Shown here one piece after another: positions 30,101-41,996 of a stretch of DNA of 64,000 bases. The stretch lies in contig OZ024762.1 of NCBI GenBank assembly GCA_964016885.1, positions 12,586,001-12,650,000 on the forward strand, read 5' to 3'. The stretch is from Eledone cirrhosa. Lineage: Eukaryota. The notes under the pieces were generated by a model. It saw only the letters and a list, made by a program, of their open reading frames with translations, had not been told where the DNA came from and ran no database searches. The number at the start of each line of letters is the position of its first letter. Position 1 is the first letter of the stretch. The position numbers and the translations under genes are program-made.

Positions 30101-30311
30101 GATGCGTATGAAGGATGACAGCTGCATAAAAAGGTGCAGAGCACTAGAAGTTGATGGAAACCGTGGAGTGGGGAGACCCAAGATGACTTGGGATGAGGTG
30201 ATAAAAGCCGACCTTACCCAACTACACCTCTCAAAGTCAATGACACACGACCGTGACTTCTGGCGTCACGCAGTAATACAGGGTACCCGACCTCCCATGG
30301 GTACATGCTGA
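27192..30311 (+). CDS. RTE LINE ORF: AP endonuclease + reverse transcriptase + PHD-type zinc finger, 1039 aa, uninterrupted
   Basis: APE motifs GTINVG, VQETRW, SAYAPQ, AGDFNGH and QLDFIL. RT motifs NYRGIKL, QFGF, FVDLEKAFD, GVHQGSVLSPLLF and LLYADD. RTE C-terminus RRLRWYGHV...GRP. Confidence 0.97.
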   Translation: MNLRATKHPREAPTQRPSPTSVDKCPKLRVGTINVGSMKGRAGEIVEMLERKEVDVCCVQETRWRGGSARVLVGKSQCYKFFWVGNDDGMGGVGILLADKWVDKVISVYRVNARIIKLRLVLNKTITTIISAYAPQSGLPDELKDRFYESLIHTTALTDDKDFLIIAGDFNGHVGKHCDGFNRVHGGHGVGTRNEEGFRLLEFCDANDMSICNTNFKKPDNHLITYRSGEHSSQLDFILIRGRDRWTVVNTKAFPSEECTSQHSLVVSDLTVRTRRALKQRPTWRRKIWKLKVPSTSNRFKDILLNAYDSKEEQIETFNVEENWEFLKNNLLEATDEVCGWSKTSSRRRVTWWWNNKVDEAVKAKRQAWKEWKNGGSRVHYIETKREARRQVYLARREAEDRKFKHVLQREDQKQEVFKIARQCVRDSCDVIGEKCIRNDKGELALTSAEKKDAWKSHYDRLLNEENAWEEETLPHVDPIEGPAVQVSGSVVSKAIRDMKIGKATGPSGIAAEMLKASGSVGHTITTRIVNQVILEGAIPKDWCSSIIVNCYKGKGDALDRGNYRGIKLMDQVMKVTERVIAQLIRDRVNIDEMQFGFVPGKGTTDALFLVRQLQEKYLAKSKPLYLAFVDLEKAFDRVPRAVIWWALRKLGVDEWLVKAVQAMYRGAVSKVRIGNEYSEEFSVQVGVHQGSVLSPLLFIIVLQAITEEFKTGCPWELLYADDLALIAESMVELENKFQTWKQGLERKGLKVNMTKTKVLISRRENRTQIPSGKWPCSVCRKGVGRNSILCPKCKQWVHKRCSGISGSLIKNVGFTCSSCAETASKQPQETSTTNLWEGPVETVDSFCYLGDRISNGGGCSESTITRVRTGWKKFRELLPLLAAKGFSLRMKGRLYDACIRTAMLHGSETWALKVEDLRRLERNEACMLRWMCNSNIRERQSINELRERLSIRGIKCCVQERRLRWYGHVMRMKDDSCIKRCRALEVDGNRGVGRPKMTWDEVIKADLTQLHLSKSMTHDRDFWRHAVIQGTRPPMGTC

Positions 30312-30648
30312 AGCATATAAACAATATGCCCCCCCCCCCCCACCGCAAGGTGGTCGTGGAGGTGCCACGGCAAAAAAGCACCCAGCCCACACTGTAAAGT
30401 GGACGTGTAGGCGCCACGAAAAAGCACCCAGCACTCACTGTAAATGAGGTTGGTGTTAGGAAGGGCATCCAGCTGTAGAAATCAAGCCAGATCAGTTCCT
30501 GTATGAGCAAGGCATGGTCAGCCGACCAGACACTGCCCACAACAGGACAACCCGTCTAACCCATGCTAGCGTGGAAGAACGGACGTAAAACGGTGATGAT
30601 GATATCAATGATATTAATAAATGGAAACTATATTTATAAAACCATATT

Positions 30649-30710
30649 TATTCTATTATATATATTTCAAGGGTACCAAAACTTTGGTATGCCCTCATCA
30701 GATAAAATAC
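30649..30710 (-). ncRNA. Type-I hammerhead ribozyme motif (related copy at 40040-40100, +)
   Basis: Minus strand reads TATTTTAT-CTGATGA-GGGCATACCAAAGTTTTGGTACCCTT-GAAA-TATATA-TA-ATAGAATA. Confidence 0.65.
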
Positions 30711-30948
30711 AAAGTTTGTTTTATAAATATTGACATATCCAGGAACTAGATCTTAACAGTTCAAGTTTTACCAGGATAAAATATCCCTTTGCTTATATAT
30801 ATATATATATATATATCCATCCAGCAATCTATCTATCTCTCTCTCTATATATATCTATATATCTATATATCTATCTCTATCTATCTATATATCTATATCT
30901 ATCTATCTATATATCTATCTACCTACCTATCTATCTATATAGATACAA

Positions 30949-32206
30949 GCGTCCGTCACTTACTACCGCCTGACTGTCGTGCCTTGCCCTAAGGAAACAC
31001 TCACCACCATGGAACGCATGCTCTTCCAATTTCTTTGGAAGAAGCGCCCTCCTATGGTGAGAAGATCCATCTGCTGCCAACAAACCTTCGAAAGGAGGGC
31101 TGGGGATGCCGTGGTTGATGATGCGTAGGCACGCATTAAGGCTACGGCACCTACAGGTATTCCTCACTGGTCAACCGGTGTGGGCTCCGTTCGTGAAACG
31201 AGCCTTTCCGAGACTCGTCTCGCTCACCGAGCTACAGTCCTGGGTCAAGCAAAGATCCGGAAAACTGGGAGACTGGCACACTGAGTGTGCTCAGGCGCTC
31301 AGGGCTCTCTGGCAAGCGGGCCAAGCCATCGGTGGAGAATCCACCTCATCATTCTATAGAGGGCTGGTGGCTAGCAGGGGCGATGACACCCTTGGAGAGT
31401 CGCTGGACATGGAAGAAGACGAACTGGCCAGCCTGTTCGGTAGGACTTTCGGCCCAGGACCAATGGACAACTTCCAGAAGTCACTGGCCTGGCAGTGCTA
31501 CCGGGGGCTCTACCCGTTCGAGAGAGGCTCTACAGACATGGGCGCCCGGGCAGGGATCCCTCAAAAAAGATTTGCCCTAGATGCGTGCGTCACGAAGAAA
31601 CCGTTGCGCACGCATTGGTGCAATGTCTGGGTGTGGCTGATCTGTGGGGCTACGCCGAACGACTGCTGTCGCGGGTGGCGCCGATTAAATTGACCGCCGA
31701 GTCCGTGATGACAATCAAACCGCCTCCCCTCTTCACAAAGGAAGCAAAGGCGGTTTTTCTGTGCGTAATAGCCATGTTGAAAGAGGTTGTTTGGTGGACA
31801 CGATTGAAAGGTCTGAGGTCAGGCAACTTCCTCTCTGGCCATAGTCTGGTCTACTTCTTCCGATATCACTTCGGAAGAAGGATAAGAATGGAGAGAGAGG
31901 TGCTTGGCCACGGGCAGTTTTATGAAAGGTGGGTGATAGTGGCGAGAATGGCTCGTGTAAATGGGCCTTCTCTGTATACCATCCTGTAGGTAAAGAAGTA
32001 AAGGAGAGGGGAGCACCTTCTCCATGTGCTCCCCGGGCAAAGGATTGCACACTTTTTCGGGGGTGTGTGCAACCCTCATCATGTCCCCTCCCTTTTGAGG
32101 TTATTTTCGATTATTTTCATGTTACACCCTTTTTACTCGATTATATGTAAACTCCCCCCTTTGTATTTGTCCCTTCTTTTTATGCCTTTATGGTAAATAA
32201 AGAAAT
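30949..32206 (+). mobile_element. Tx1/L1-clade LINE, 5'-truncated, with a 22-bp target-site duplication (TSD)
   Basis: GGLGMP and CPRC...EETVAHALVQC zinc-knuckle motifs with one frameshift, then an AATAAA 3' end. CTATCTATCTATATAGATACAA occurs at both 30927-30948 and 32207-32228. Confidence 0.88.
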
Positions 32207-32338
32207 CTATCTATCTATATAGATACAAATGACATTTGTTCTCGGTATGGGGAACTAACTGTTGTGGAACTACTTCTACCAAACTTGTCCCATGGACTGA
32301 GTGCTCTACTACTATGAGTATAACTAGTGTTATACTAT

Positions 32339-32466
<128 letters not shown>

Positions 32467-32490
32467 AGAAAGTATGACCCCGACGGCAAT

Positions 32491-32990
32491 TTAACCCTTT
32501 AGCATTTAAACCGGCTGTATCTGGCCAGAATTCTATCACCTCTATCTGTTCAAACTGGCCACTCATACTGATGTTAAGGTATTGTTCTCAAAACAATAAA
32601 ATCTCATAGATTCGATATTATGTGAGATTATTATGTAATATACAGCTTTTACCATAAAAATACAATAGTAAATATAGAGTAATGTAAATGTTATGTGAGG
32701 TATTATGTGAGATAAAGCCTTTACTGTGAAAATACAATAGTATATATAGAGTAATGTAAATGTTATGTGAGGTATTATGTGAGATAAAGCCTTCACTGTG
32801 AAAATACAATAGTATATATAGAGTAATGTAAATGTTATGTGAGGTATTATGTGAGATAAAGCCTTCACTGTGAAAATACAATAGTAAATATAGAGTAATG
32901 TAAATGTTATGTGAGATATTATGTGAGATAAAGCCTTTACTGTGAAAATACAATAGTATATATAGAGTAATGTAAATGTTATGTGAGATA
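32491..32990 (+). repeat. piggyBac MITE with a 72-bp minisatellite (~5 units)
   Basis: MITE left end followed by 72-bp units. Confidence 0.88.
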
Positions 32991-34155
32991 ACAACAGTAG
33001 CTGCTGCAACTGGCACGTTGATTCTGTGTGATGATTACATCAAAGTCTACCCCAGTCATGGGAAAACTGTAGCCTGTGGGTCACATCTGGCCCAATTGAC
33101 TTTCTGAATGGCATGCCTGATTTGAAAATTGCTTTGAATTTTTTAGTATTGCAACCGACTTTATAATGCAAGAGCCAAAAAAACATTGATCAAGATACAA
33201 GGACCAGTCACTAGCTTTTTTCACAACAACAATTTGCTTTGCATTCATATCCTGGATTCTTGACTATGGATACGAGAGAAAATCCTTGACTGTGACTGTT
33301 GTAATTATAGAAAACTGATAACAGTAGAGATCACCCAGAGATCAACCAGAGATCACCTAGAGATCAACCAGAGATCACCCAGAGATCAACCAGAGATCAA
33401 CCAGAACAGATGTCTTGCTTGCTTATCAGTAATGTCATGAGTTCTAGTATATTTTAGTTAAATCTCCTATTTCTGATTTATGTTAATCACCAACATCTTT
33501 GCACACTTCCATTACAAATATCTGCCACACCTTTATTCATATGTTCCTCTACCTAACAAAGCAATATTTAGCCCAGGAGACAGAAAAAACGACTGTATTG
33601 GAAGTGTTGTCTGATATGAGGTGAGACTGTAATGTGTGTGAGAGAGATATAAAAAAGACAATCATAAAAACCTCCTTACTAGGCTGGGGGAGTAAACTGC
33701 TGATTAGCCTTGGATTTTAAATGTGAAATAACCATAGTCAGTATGATCTTTTTCAGCTCCAAAGGACGTCATCTGAAACACAGCAATATACCACATAACA
33801 TTGCTTCTGAAGTGTTTAGCTTCGTTAGTACAGACTGTAAGTAGTATATGGATAAAAGCTGGAGGGTAGATTAATTTCAAATAGTATCAGTTTTTCTTTG
33901 TTCTGTAAAATTAAAGATTGTAAAACTACTTTATAAAAGCTAACACAATATTGTTAAATCTTCAACTGATATACTTTGATCTATATTTTAAGCCGATGTG
34001 GGACGGCTCTGGTCTCTCTCTGAATATCTAACACTTTGATTATATCTCTCTCTGTATAACAGCCTATCTTTCTCTCTTTCTGCCTCTCCCTCTGTATCTC
34101 TCTCTCGTTAGATGTGTGTGTGTGTGTGTGTGTGTGTATAGTTTTCATGTGATTC

Positions 34156-34351
34156 AACCAACCAACCAACCAACCAACCAACCAACCAGCCAACCAGCCA
34201 ACCAACCAACCAACCAACCAACCAACCAACCAACCAACCAACCAGCCAACCAACCAACCAACCAACCAACCAACCAACCAACCAACCAACCAACCAACCA
34301 TCCAACCAACCAACCAACCAACCAGCCAACCAGCCAACCAGCCAACCAACA
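34156..34351 (+). repeat. (CAAC)n tetranucleotide microsatellite
   Basis: Direct reading. Confidence 0.95.
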
Positions 34352-34699
34352 AACATCTTTCTTTTATATTATATATATATATAAATGAAATTATAAGCGA
34401 TTTCAAAGAATTGAATACATTCAAGTGAAGGTGGGTCAACGAATCACGGGTGGTCTACTAACAAATATATTTTAAATGTTATGTTTGAAAGAGCTGTTTT
34501 CAAAGTAATAAACCGAGGATTCTTATTGTAGGAGCATGATGGTTGGATGTGCAACGTAAATGTGAGAGAAAGGCAGAGAAAGTTATTTTTAAAAAACCCT
34601 CCAAAAACCAAAACAAAATAAAAAAAAGAGTGGATTTGCTTCATAGACGCCACCCTGCTTCCCCCGAGGCAGTAAATGTGGGAAGGGACGAAAAAAAAA

Positions 34700-35085
34700 A
34701 TTGAAATTGAACAAATGTGGCAGTTAAAGGTTGTTACAATACCAGTGTGGGAGCAGTGGGAATGGTCAAGAAAGGAACAGAACAGTATTTGAGAATAATT
34801 CCTGGTTTACCATCTCTGCAAGAGGTACAAAAAATTGTTTTGACTGGTACTGCACACGTATCGAGAAGAGCACTATCTCTGTGAGAATGATACCCCCCCC
34901 CCCCCTTGTGTGGATGTGTGTGTGTATGTGTGTGAAGAGTACTATCTCTGTTAGAATGATAAGCTGTGGTGTGTTAACTGGCTTACTAATGTATACAGTG
35001 ACATTAGTTGCCTTAGGTGTCAGGAAGACATTCAGTATATAACAGAAACAATACTGAAGGAAAAGGAAAAAACAATAAAATTAAT
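34700..35085 (+). mobile_element. R4/Dong-like non-LTR element 3' fragment
   Basis: EIEQMWQLKVVTIPV / GAVGMVKKG...EVQKIVLTGTAHVSRRAL followed by a (TAA)n tail. Confidence 0.55.
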
Positions 35086-35869
35086 AATAATAATTGTTTC
35101 TACTTTTGGCACAAGGCCAGCAATTATTCCAGTGCATTACTGGTACTTTATTTTATCGACCCCGTAAAGATGAAAGGTAAAGTTAACCTCGGTGGGATTT
35201 GAACTCAGATCATAAAGGGCCGTAACTCTATGCTGTAAAGTATGGCGTCTGACCCTCTACCGATACTGCCAATCCACCTCCCTAATAATAATAATACCAA
35301 TCTGTTAATTGATGACCTCTACATCTATCTTAAGTAATTTATGAGCGACGGGTCGTCAATGAAAGATGGCAGGGCTGGAGGACGGGGTGGGGTGGAGGTA
35401 GGGTAATTGCATCGTATGTTACTATGGTACATCAGGTGGTTTCATCAAAGTAAGTAGGAATACTCAACCATTTACTGATAAAATCAACGGTTCTTAAATG
35501 GAATTGGTTGAGATGCTTTAGCCAGCAGAATCTAATATAACGAGATAATTTACATATGGTCCATTAAGAGATCTTGATAAATATTTACTGATACTCAGCA
35601 AAATCCCTTTATAGCAACAAATTATTTCTGATAAGAATGTTTGATTTTTGCTGGTTTTTTCAAACTCTTTTCAGACCAAAATGTCTATAACTTTCCTAGA
35701 TTTGCGATATACAAACTATGTTTAACTATGTTTAACACTTTTGAGACGAAACTGCCCTAGATTTTGAAACTAAACTGAGACCAAAATATCCTAAATTTAT
35801 AATATATAAAACTATATTAAACCATTTTCACACCAAACTGTCCTAGGTTTAGGATATACAAAACTATAT

Positions 35870-36085
35870 TTAACTCTTTAGCATTTAAACCGGCCAGAAT
35901 TCTCTCACCTTTTTCTGTTCAAACCAGCCATAACTGGCCACTCTTACTTATGTTAAATTATTGTTCCCAAAATAAATAATATCAAGATCTCATAGACTCA
36001 ATATTATGTGAAATAATTATGTGAGGTAAAGCCTTTACTGCGATACAATAGTATATATAGAGTAATGTAAATGCTAAAGGGTTAA
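35870..36085 (+). mobile_element. piggyBac MITE
   Basis: Same internal sequence as the other copies, ending AATGCTAAAGGG-TTAA. Confidence 0.8.
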
Positions 36086-37039
36086 ACCCTTTTGAATCTA
36101 AACAGTCCTAAATTTATAATATACAAACCTATGTTGAACCTTTTTCAGATCAAAATGCCCTAAATTTATGATATATATTGGAGGATGGGTGTTTACCTAG
36201 CTGATTTTCAATTGGTAAAATATATGTCTCTTAGATTTCAGGTATTTTTTGAAAGCATTAGCCCCTAAAATACTACAGTGGGCCCTGCAATGTTACTGTG
36301 GACTCTTGCAATCCTACCATGGGCCCCCTGCTTGCCATTGGGCAACCTGGCCAGTCCGCCACTGCACACATGTATATTATGACTCATATACTGTTCACTT
36401 TCCTGACTTTTGTACATTATTCTATATACTATACATGCACCTTTGATGAGTTGTAGTGCACCTGAGCACTGTACACAATAATTTCATTATCATTATTATT
36501 ATATATATATATATAAGGGCGGTGGATTGGCAGTATCGGTAGAGGGTCGGACGCCATGCTTTGACGTATAGAGTTACGGCCCTTGCCATTCTGAGTTCAA
36601 ATCCCGCCAAGATTAACTTTACCTTTCATCCTTACAGGGTCGATAAAATAAAGTACCAGTAATACACTGGGTAATTGCTGGCCTTGTGCCAAAAGTAGAA
36701 ACAATTATTATAATATATATAATGCTCCAGCTTGCACTTTTATACAGGTTGTTGAGCCCTTTCCTTTATCTACTGTACATCTTTGTTCGGTTAACCCCTT
36801 ACTATAAATATATATATATATATATACACACACACATGTATGTATATGTCAGCATATAATGTCCATGTTGACATGGGTTAAACAAGTTGTCCTGTTGTAA
36901 GCAATGCCAGGTAAGGTGACCATGTTTTGCTCATACAGGACTGATTTTGGCTTGGTTTCTACAACTGGATGTCCTTCTAACCTTATTACAGTGAGTACTG
37001 GGTGCTTTTTGTTGTCTCACCTACACGACCACACCACTT

Positions 37040-37075
<36 letters not shown>

Positions 37076-37639
37076 AATATATATATAGTAATAATTGTTT
37101 CTACGTTTGGCACAAGGCCAGAAATTACCCAGTGTATTACTGGTACTTTATTTTATCGACCCCGTAAGGATGAAAGGCAAAGTTAACCTCGGCGGGATTT
37201 GAATTCAGAATGGCAAGGGCCGTAACTCTATGCGTCAAAGCATGGCGTCCGACCCTCTACCGATACTGCCAATCCACCGCCCTCTATATATATAGTAATA
37301 ATATATAGTAATAATTGTATCTACGTTAGGCACAAGGCCAGCAATTACCCAGTGTATTACTGGTACTTTATTTTATCGACCCCGTAAGGATGAAAGGCAA
37401 AGTCAACCTCGGCCGGATTAGTAATAATAATAATAAATGTGAAAACTAAAATCCAAAGAGGGCTCGATAAGGATAAATATATATCAAATATATATAAGAA
37501 CCCTAGAGCAAATATTTATTAAAATAACAGATTAAAGTTTCAGCAAAGAATCGCTGCTTTCACCCTTAATGGGATCTTGAAATATATATAATAAAATAAA
37601 TATGGTTTTATAAAGATAGTTTCTATTTATTAATATCAT

Positions 37640-37717
<78 letters not shown>

Positions 37718-37908
37718 TCATCATCATCATCATTTCATTTTACGTCCACTTTTCCCTGCTTGCAAGGGTGGAACGGGAACTGATTCTGGCTTGATTTCTA
37801 CAGCTGGATGCCCTTCCTATGTGTGTGTGTCTGATGGTAGCTAAGATGCTTCCATCAGCGGTATGCCGGTTGAGCACTCTATGCTCTTACAGAACAGAGT
37901 GTGATATA

Positions 37909-38182
37909 ATATAATTGTTTCTACTTTTGGCACAAGGCCAGCAATTACCCAGTGCATTACTGGTACTTTATTTTATCGACCCCGTAAGGATGAAAGGCAA
38001 AGTCAACCTCGGCGGGATTTGAACTCAGATCGTAAAGGGACGTAACTATGCTGGAAAGCATGGCGTCCGACCCTCTACCGATACTGCCAATCCACCGCCC
38101 TCGAGTATAATAATAATACAGAGAGAGACGGTAGATTGGCAGTATCAGTAGAGTGTCGGATGCCATGCTTTGACACATTGAG
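37909..38182. mobile_element. Second copy of the head-to-head SINE pair (right SINE truncated)
   Basis: Same spacer TCGAGTATAATAATAATACAGAGAGA as 19812-19837. Confidence 0.85.
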
Positions 38183-38241
38183 TGTGATATAATATAATGT
38201 CACTTATATGGTTGTGTGCGTGTGTGTGTGTGTGTATGTGA

Positions 38242-38283
<42 letters not shown>

Positions 38284-38651
38284 ATATACAAATGTGTATG
38301 TGTATATGTGTGTGTGAGTGGGTGAGTGGGCTTGTGAAATACCACACCCACCATGGATTCATTGGAGTGTGTCAGGCGGAGGACATCTAATGGCGCGTGG
38401 GACAGCAACTATTGGCTAGAATATATGATGACGTAGAAAAATAACACCCAACAGCATGACAAGCGAGGAAGATGTTTTTTGACGCTAACACCCCAGTGAG
38501 AAAATTTGATCCGAAATTATTGCAAGTGTCCGATGAACCTGCAGGTCCAGAATCAGACAGATCCATACAATGATCGTGTCTCGAGCTGTCTGCCAGCGAA
38601 ACAATTGTAACACAATAAATTGAGTTCAGATGCATCACTGATTTTTCGTTT

Positions 38652-38683
<32 letters not shown>

Positions 38684-38944
38684 CATCATCATCATCATCT
38701 TCGTTTAACGTCCATCTTCCACGCTAGCATATATATATATATATATATATATATAGTAATAATAATAAATTTGAAGACTAAAATCCAAAGAGGGCTCGAT
38801 AAGGATAAATATATATCAAATATATAAGAACCATAGAGCAAATATTTATTAAAATAACAGATTAAAGTTTAAGCAAAGAATCGCTGCTTTCACCCTTAAC
38901 GGGACCTTCTGAAACTCTGATCTTCTGAGTTTCAGAAGATCCCG

Positions 38945-38989
<45 letters not shown>

Positions 38990-38996
<7 letters not shown>

Positions 38997-39810
38997 AGAT
39001 CAAAAGATGGTTAAAAGAGTTCCAAGTATTTTATTATGCGCATTTCAAAAACAAATATCATCATGAGATGATATCTGTGTTTTAAATGAGATGATATCTG
39101 AAGTTTTAAATCAACATATATGTTGATTTAAAACTTCACTATTCACAAGTGTTTTTTAACCTTCATATCATGTATCCCTATTTTATCTGATGAAAACGCA
39201 GATATCATCTCATGATGATATTTGTTTTTGAAATGCGCATAATAAAATACTTGGAACTCTTTTAACCATTGTTTGATCTTATATTATTTATACTCCAGTC
39301 CTACAAACCGTAGAGTGCTACTTAACCGATATTTGCATTGCTTTATTGTACTACAATAAAACTCACCTCCTACATATATATATATATAATGTAGGAGGTG
39401 AGTTTTTTTGTAGTACAATAAAGCAATGCAGATATCGGATAAGAAGCACTCTACAGTTTGTAGGACTGGAGTATAAATAATATATAAGATCAAAAGATGG
39501 TTAAAGGAGTTCCATGTATTTTATTATGCGCATTTCAAAAACAAACATCATCATGCAATAATATTTGTGTTTTCATCAGATAAAACAGGAGGACATGATA
39601 TGAAGGCTAAAAAACACTTGTGGATAGTGCAGTTGATATGTTGATTTAAAACTGCACTATCCACAAGTGTTTTTTAGCCTTCATATCATGTTCTCCTGTT
39701 TTATCTGATGAAAACACAAATATTATTGCATGATGATGTTTGTTTTTGAAATGCGCATAATAAAATACATGGAACTCCTTTAACCATCTTTTGATCTTAT
39801 ATATTATATA
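38990..39810. repeat. Nested inverted repeats: two copies of one hammerhead-bearing family tail-to-tail, each with its own fold-back
   Basis: The symmetry centre is the (TA)n tract at 39373-39388. Confidence 0.85.
39179..39249 (+). ncRNA. Type-I hammerhead ribozyme motif (second copy at 39697-39768)
   Basis: TATTTTAT-CTGATGA-long stem II-GAAA-TGCGCA-TA-ATAAAATA. Perfect 8-bp stem I and palindromic stem III. Confidence 0.75.
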
Positions 39811-40144
39811 TATATATATATACAATATATTAATAAATGGAAACTATATTTATAAAACCCTATTTATTCTATTATATATATTTCAAGGGTAGCAAAAATT
39901 TTGGTACGCTATCACCAGATAAAATACAAAATGTTTTATAAATATTTGACATAACGAAGGATAATATACCTTAATGGTTCAAGTTATCTCTTCCAGGCAT
40001 AACTTGAAGGTATATGTCAAATATTTATAAAACATTTTGTATTTTATCTGGTGATAGTGTACCAAAATTTTGGTACCCTTGAAATATATATAATAGAATA
40101 AATATCGTTTTATAAATATAGTTTCCATTTATTTAATATCATTG

Positions 40145-40225
<81 letters not shown>

Positions 40226-40342
40226 TAAGTTAGACATAGCCTGAGCCAATAGTGCCCGAAACCTATCAAAGATATATAGAATAATGAAACGAAACTTATA
40301 TGTAACTGTTCCACTTTTTTATGTTATCCTCCTTCAAAAACC

Positions 40343-40352
40343 GGCGCGAAAA
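40343..40352 (-). promoter_or_regulatory. E2F-type site (TTTTCGCGCC) in the putative TONSL promoter/5' UTR
   Basis: GGCGCGAAAA lies about 50 nt upstream of the TONSL ATG in otherwise CpG-poor DNA and matches the TTTSSCGC consensus. Confidence 0.55.
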
Positions 40353-40401
40353 CTAAAAAAATGTCGACTGGTTGATTGTAGCTGAAGTTATTATTAGTAC
40401 A

Positions 40402-40432
40402 ATGGAGACAACCGACAAGAAGAAATTGGAAA
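40402..40432 (+). CDS. TONSL: Tonsoku-like protein, coding exon 1 (METTDKKKLE)
   Basis: ATG in the context ACAATGG and a phase-1 GTAAGA donor. Joins exon 2 as METTDKKKLEKLQKEKK. Lies just downstream of a CpG-containing E2F-like site. Confidence 0.7.
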
Positions 40433-40934
40433 GTAAGATAATACTATATATATATATATATATTTCTTGTATAGTTTAGAGGCAGTTGAACAGTTTTTGT
40501 TCTGTATAGAATTATTAAAACAAAACGAAGCCATGTTTGTTTATGTTTATATATACACACACACATGCTTATATATATATATATCTGGCATTGATAAATA
40601 TGCTGGGTCCGTCAACTATATATATATATATAATATTAATTCAAAATATTAATAAATGGAGACATTCACGTACTCAAAATATATGTTTTATTATATATAT
40701 TTCGGAGGTACTGTGCTGTTTATTAATAAAACTTATTTTGAGTACGTGAATGTCACCATTTATTAATATTTTGAATTAATAATAATAACTCCAGAAAACT
40801 TCTTTGTTGAGTCCTTTTAATCTATTGTAAAACTATATTCATTGATTAATCAATGAACCTTGTTTAACTTTTGGTTATATATATATATATATATTTCTCC
40901 CGAATGAAACAGTTCTAGTTCTGTAGAAGCCATT

Positions 40935-40983
<49 letters not shown>

Positions 40984-41937
40984 TCACAGTTGTATAAATA
41001 ACATTACAAATCGTTTGCAATTCCTTCAGAATGAAAATATAAACAGAGCATATAAATAAACTTACAGTAGACTAACATAACAAATATGTTTTAAATATAT
41101 ACATAAATAACATTACAAATACTTAGATAACATTATAAAGGATGATATAATGAGAGATATATTTCTTCAATGTTATAATATTAAAGAAAATGTAAAGGAA
41201 GGGGTGAACAACGGAGCCAACACCAGAGCAAAGGGCAGCAACGAGGGGCACTGGGCAACCTCTCTAATGATTATATATATAGAGTGTTCCCCCAAGATGT
41301 ATACATATTTTGATTACCTGTAAAGGCAATATTTATTATAATGTACAGCCTTTGTGTATACATTTTTTGGGGACACCCTGTGTGTGTATATATATGTATA
41401 TATATTTCGTTTCTGAATTTGTTTAGCAAGATTCTTTATCTGAAAACGTGTGTTGAAACCGATATTGTTATGCTTTGGGAGGGTCATGTTGCCAATAAGA
41501 AACACGCACCAGTTGCTTTCACTTCAATTTATTATAAATTTAGGAATTTATAAATTTAATTTATAATAAATTGAAGTGAAAGCAACTGGAGCGTGTGTTT
41601 GACCCTTCTAAAGCATAACAATATATATATATATATTAGGAAAAGAGTCAGGACCCCGACGACTGAGCTCCGACAGCTAGATCAGAACTGTCGGAGCTCA
41701 GCCGTCGGGGTCCTGACTCTTTTCCTATTACCCACTCTACTACACCAAGTATTGAGTACTCTGGTGTGTTATGGTCCACCTCGTATATTACCACACCCTC
41801 TTTGTTATGTGTATATATAATCCTTCGTTATATATATATATATATATTGTTTCCGTAGGAAAGGTAAATATATATATATAATAGTAATAAACGAAGGATT
41901 ATATATACACATGTATATACACACATATGTATACATG

Positions 41938-41996
<59 letters not shown>

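Larger units (their letters stand above)
20397..30601 (+). mobile_element. RTE-clade LINE, apparently including a 6.5-kb 5' tandem array; ends in a (GAT)n tail
   Basis: Intact ORF, a 3' UTR at 30312-30601 shared with many truncated copies, and ATATCA duplicated at 20391-20396 and 30602-30607. The RTE body from about 26950 is certain; including the array is inference. Confidence 0.75.

Noticed and set aside
33733-33772. Possible minus-strand micro-exon (MTSFGAEKDHTDY) with AG/GT ends
   Set aside because: No in-frame partner exon was found, and joining it to the TNF-like exon meets stop codons.
34108-34388. WLVG / QPTN repeat proteins
   Set aside because: They are translations of the (CAAC)n microsatellite.
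38340-38640. CpG-richer island with CCAAT/TGACGT motifs and a short ATG frame
   Set aside because: The frame closes after 8 codons and no family was recognised. It may be a transposon remnant.
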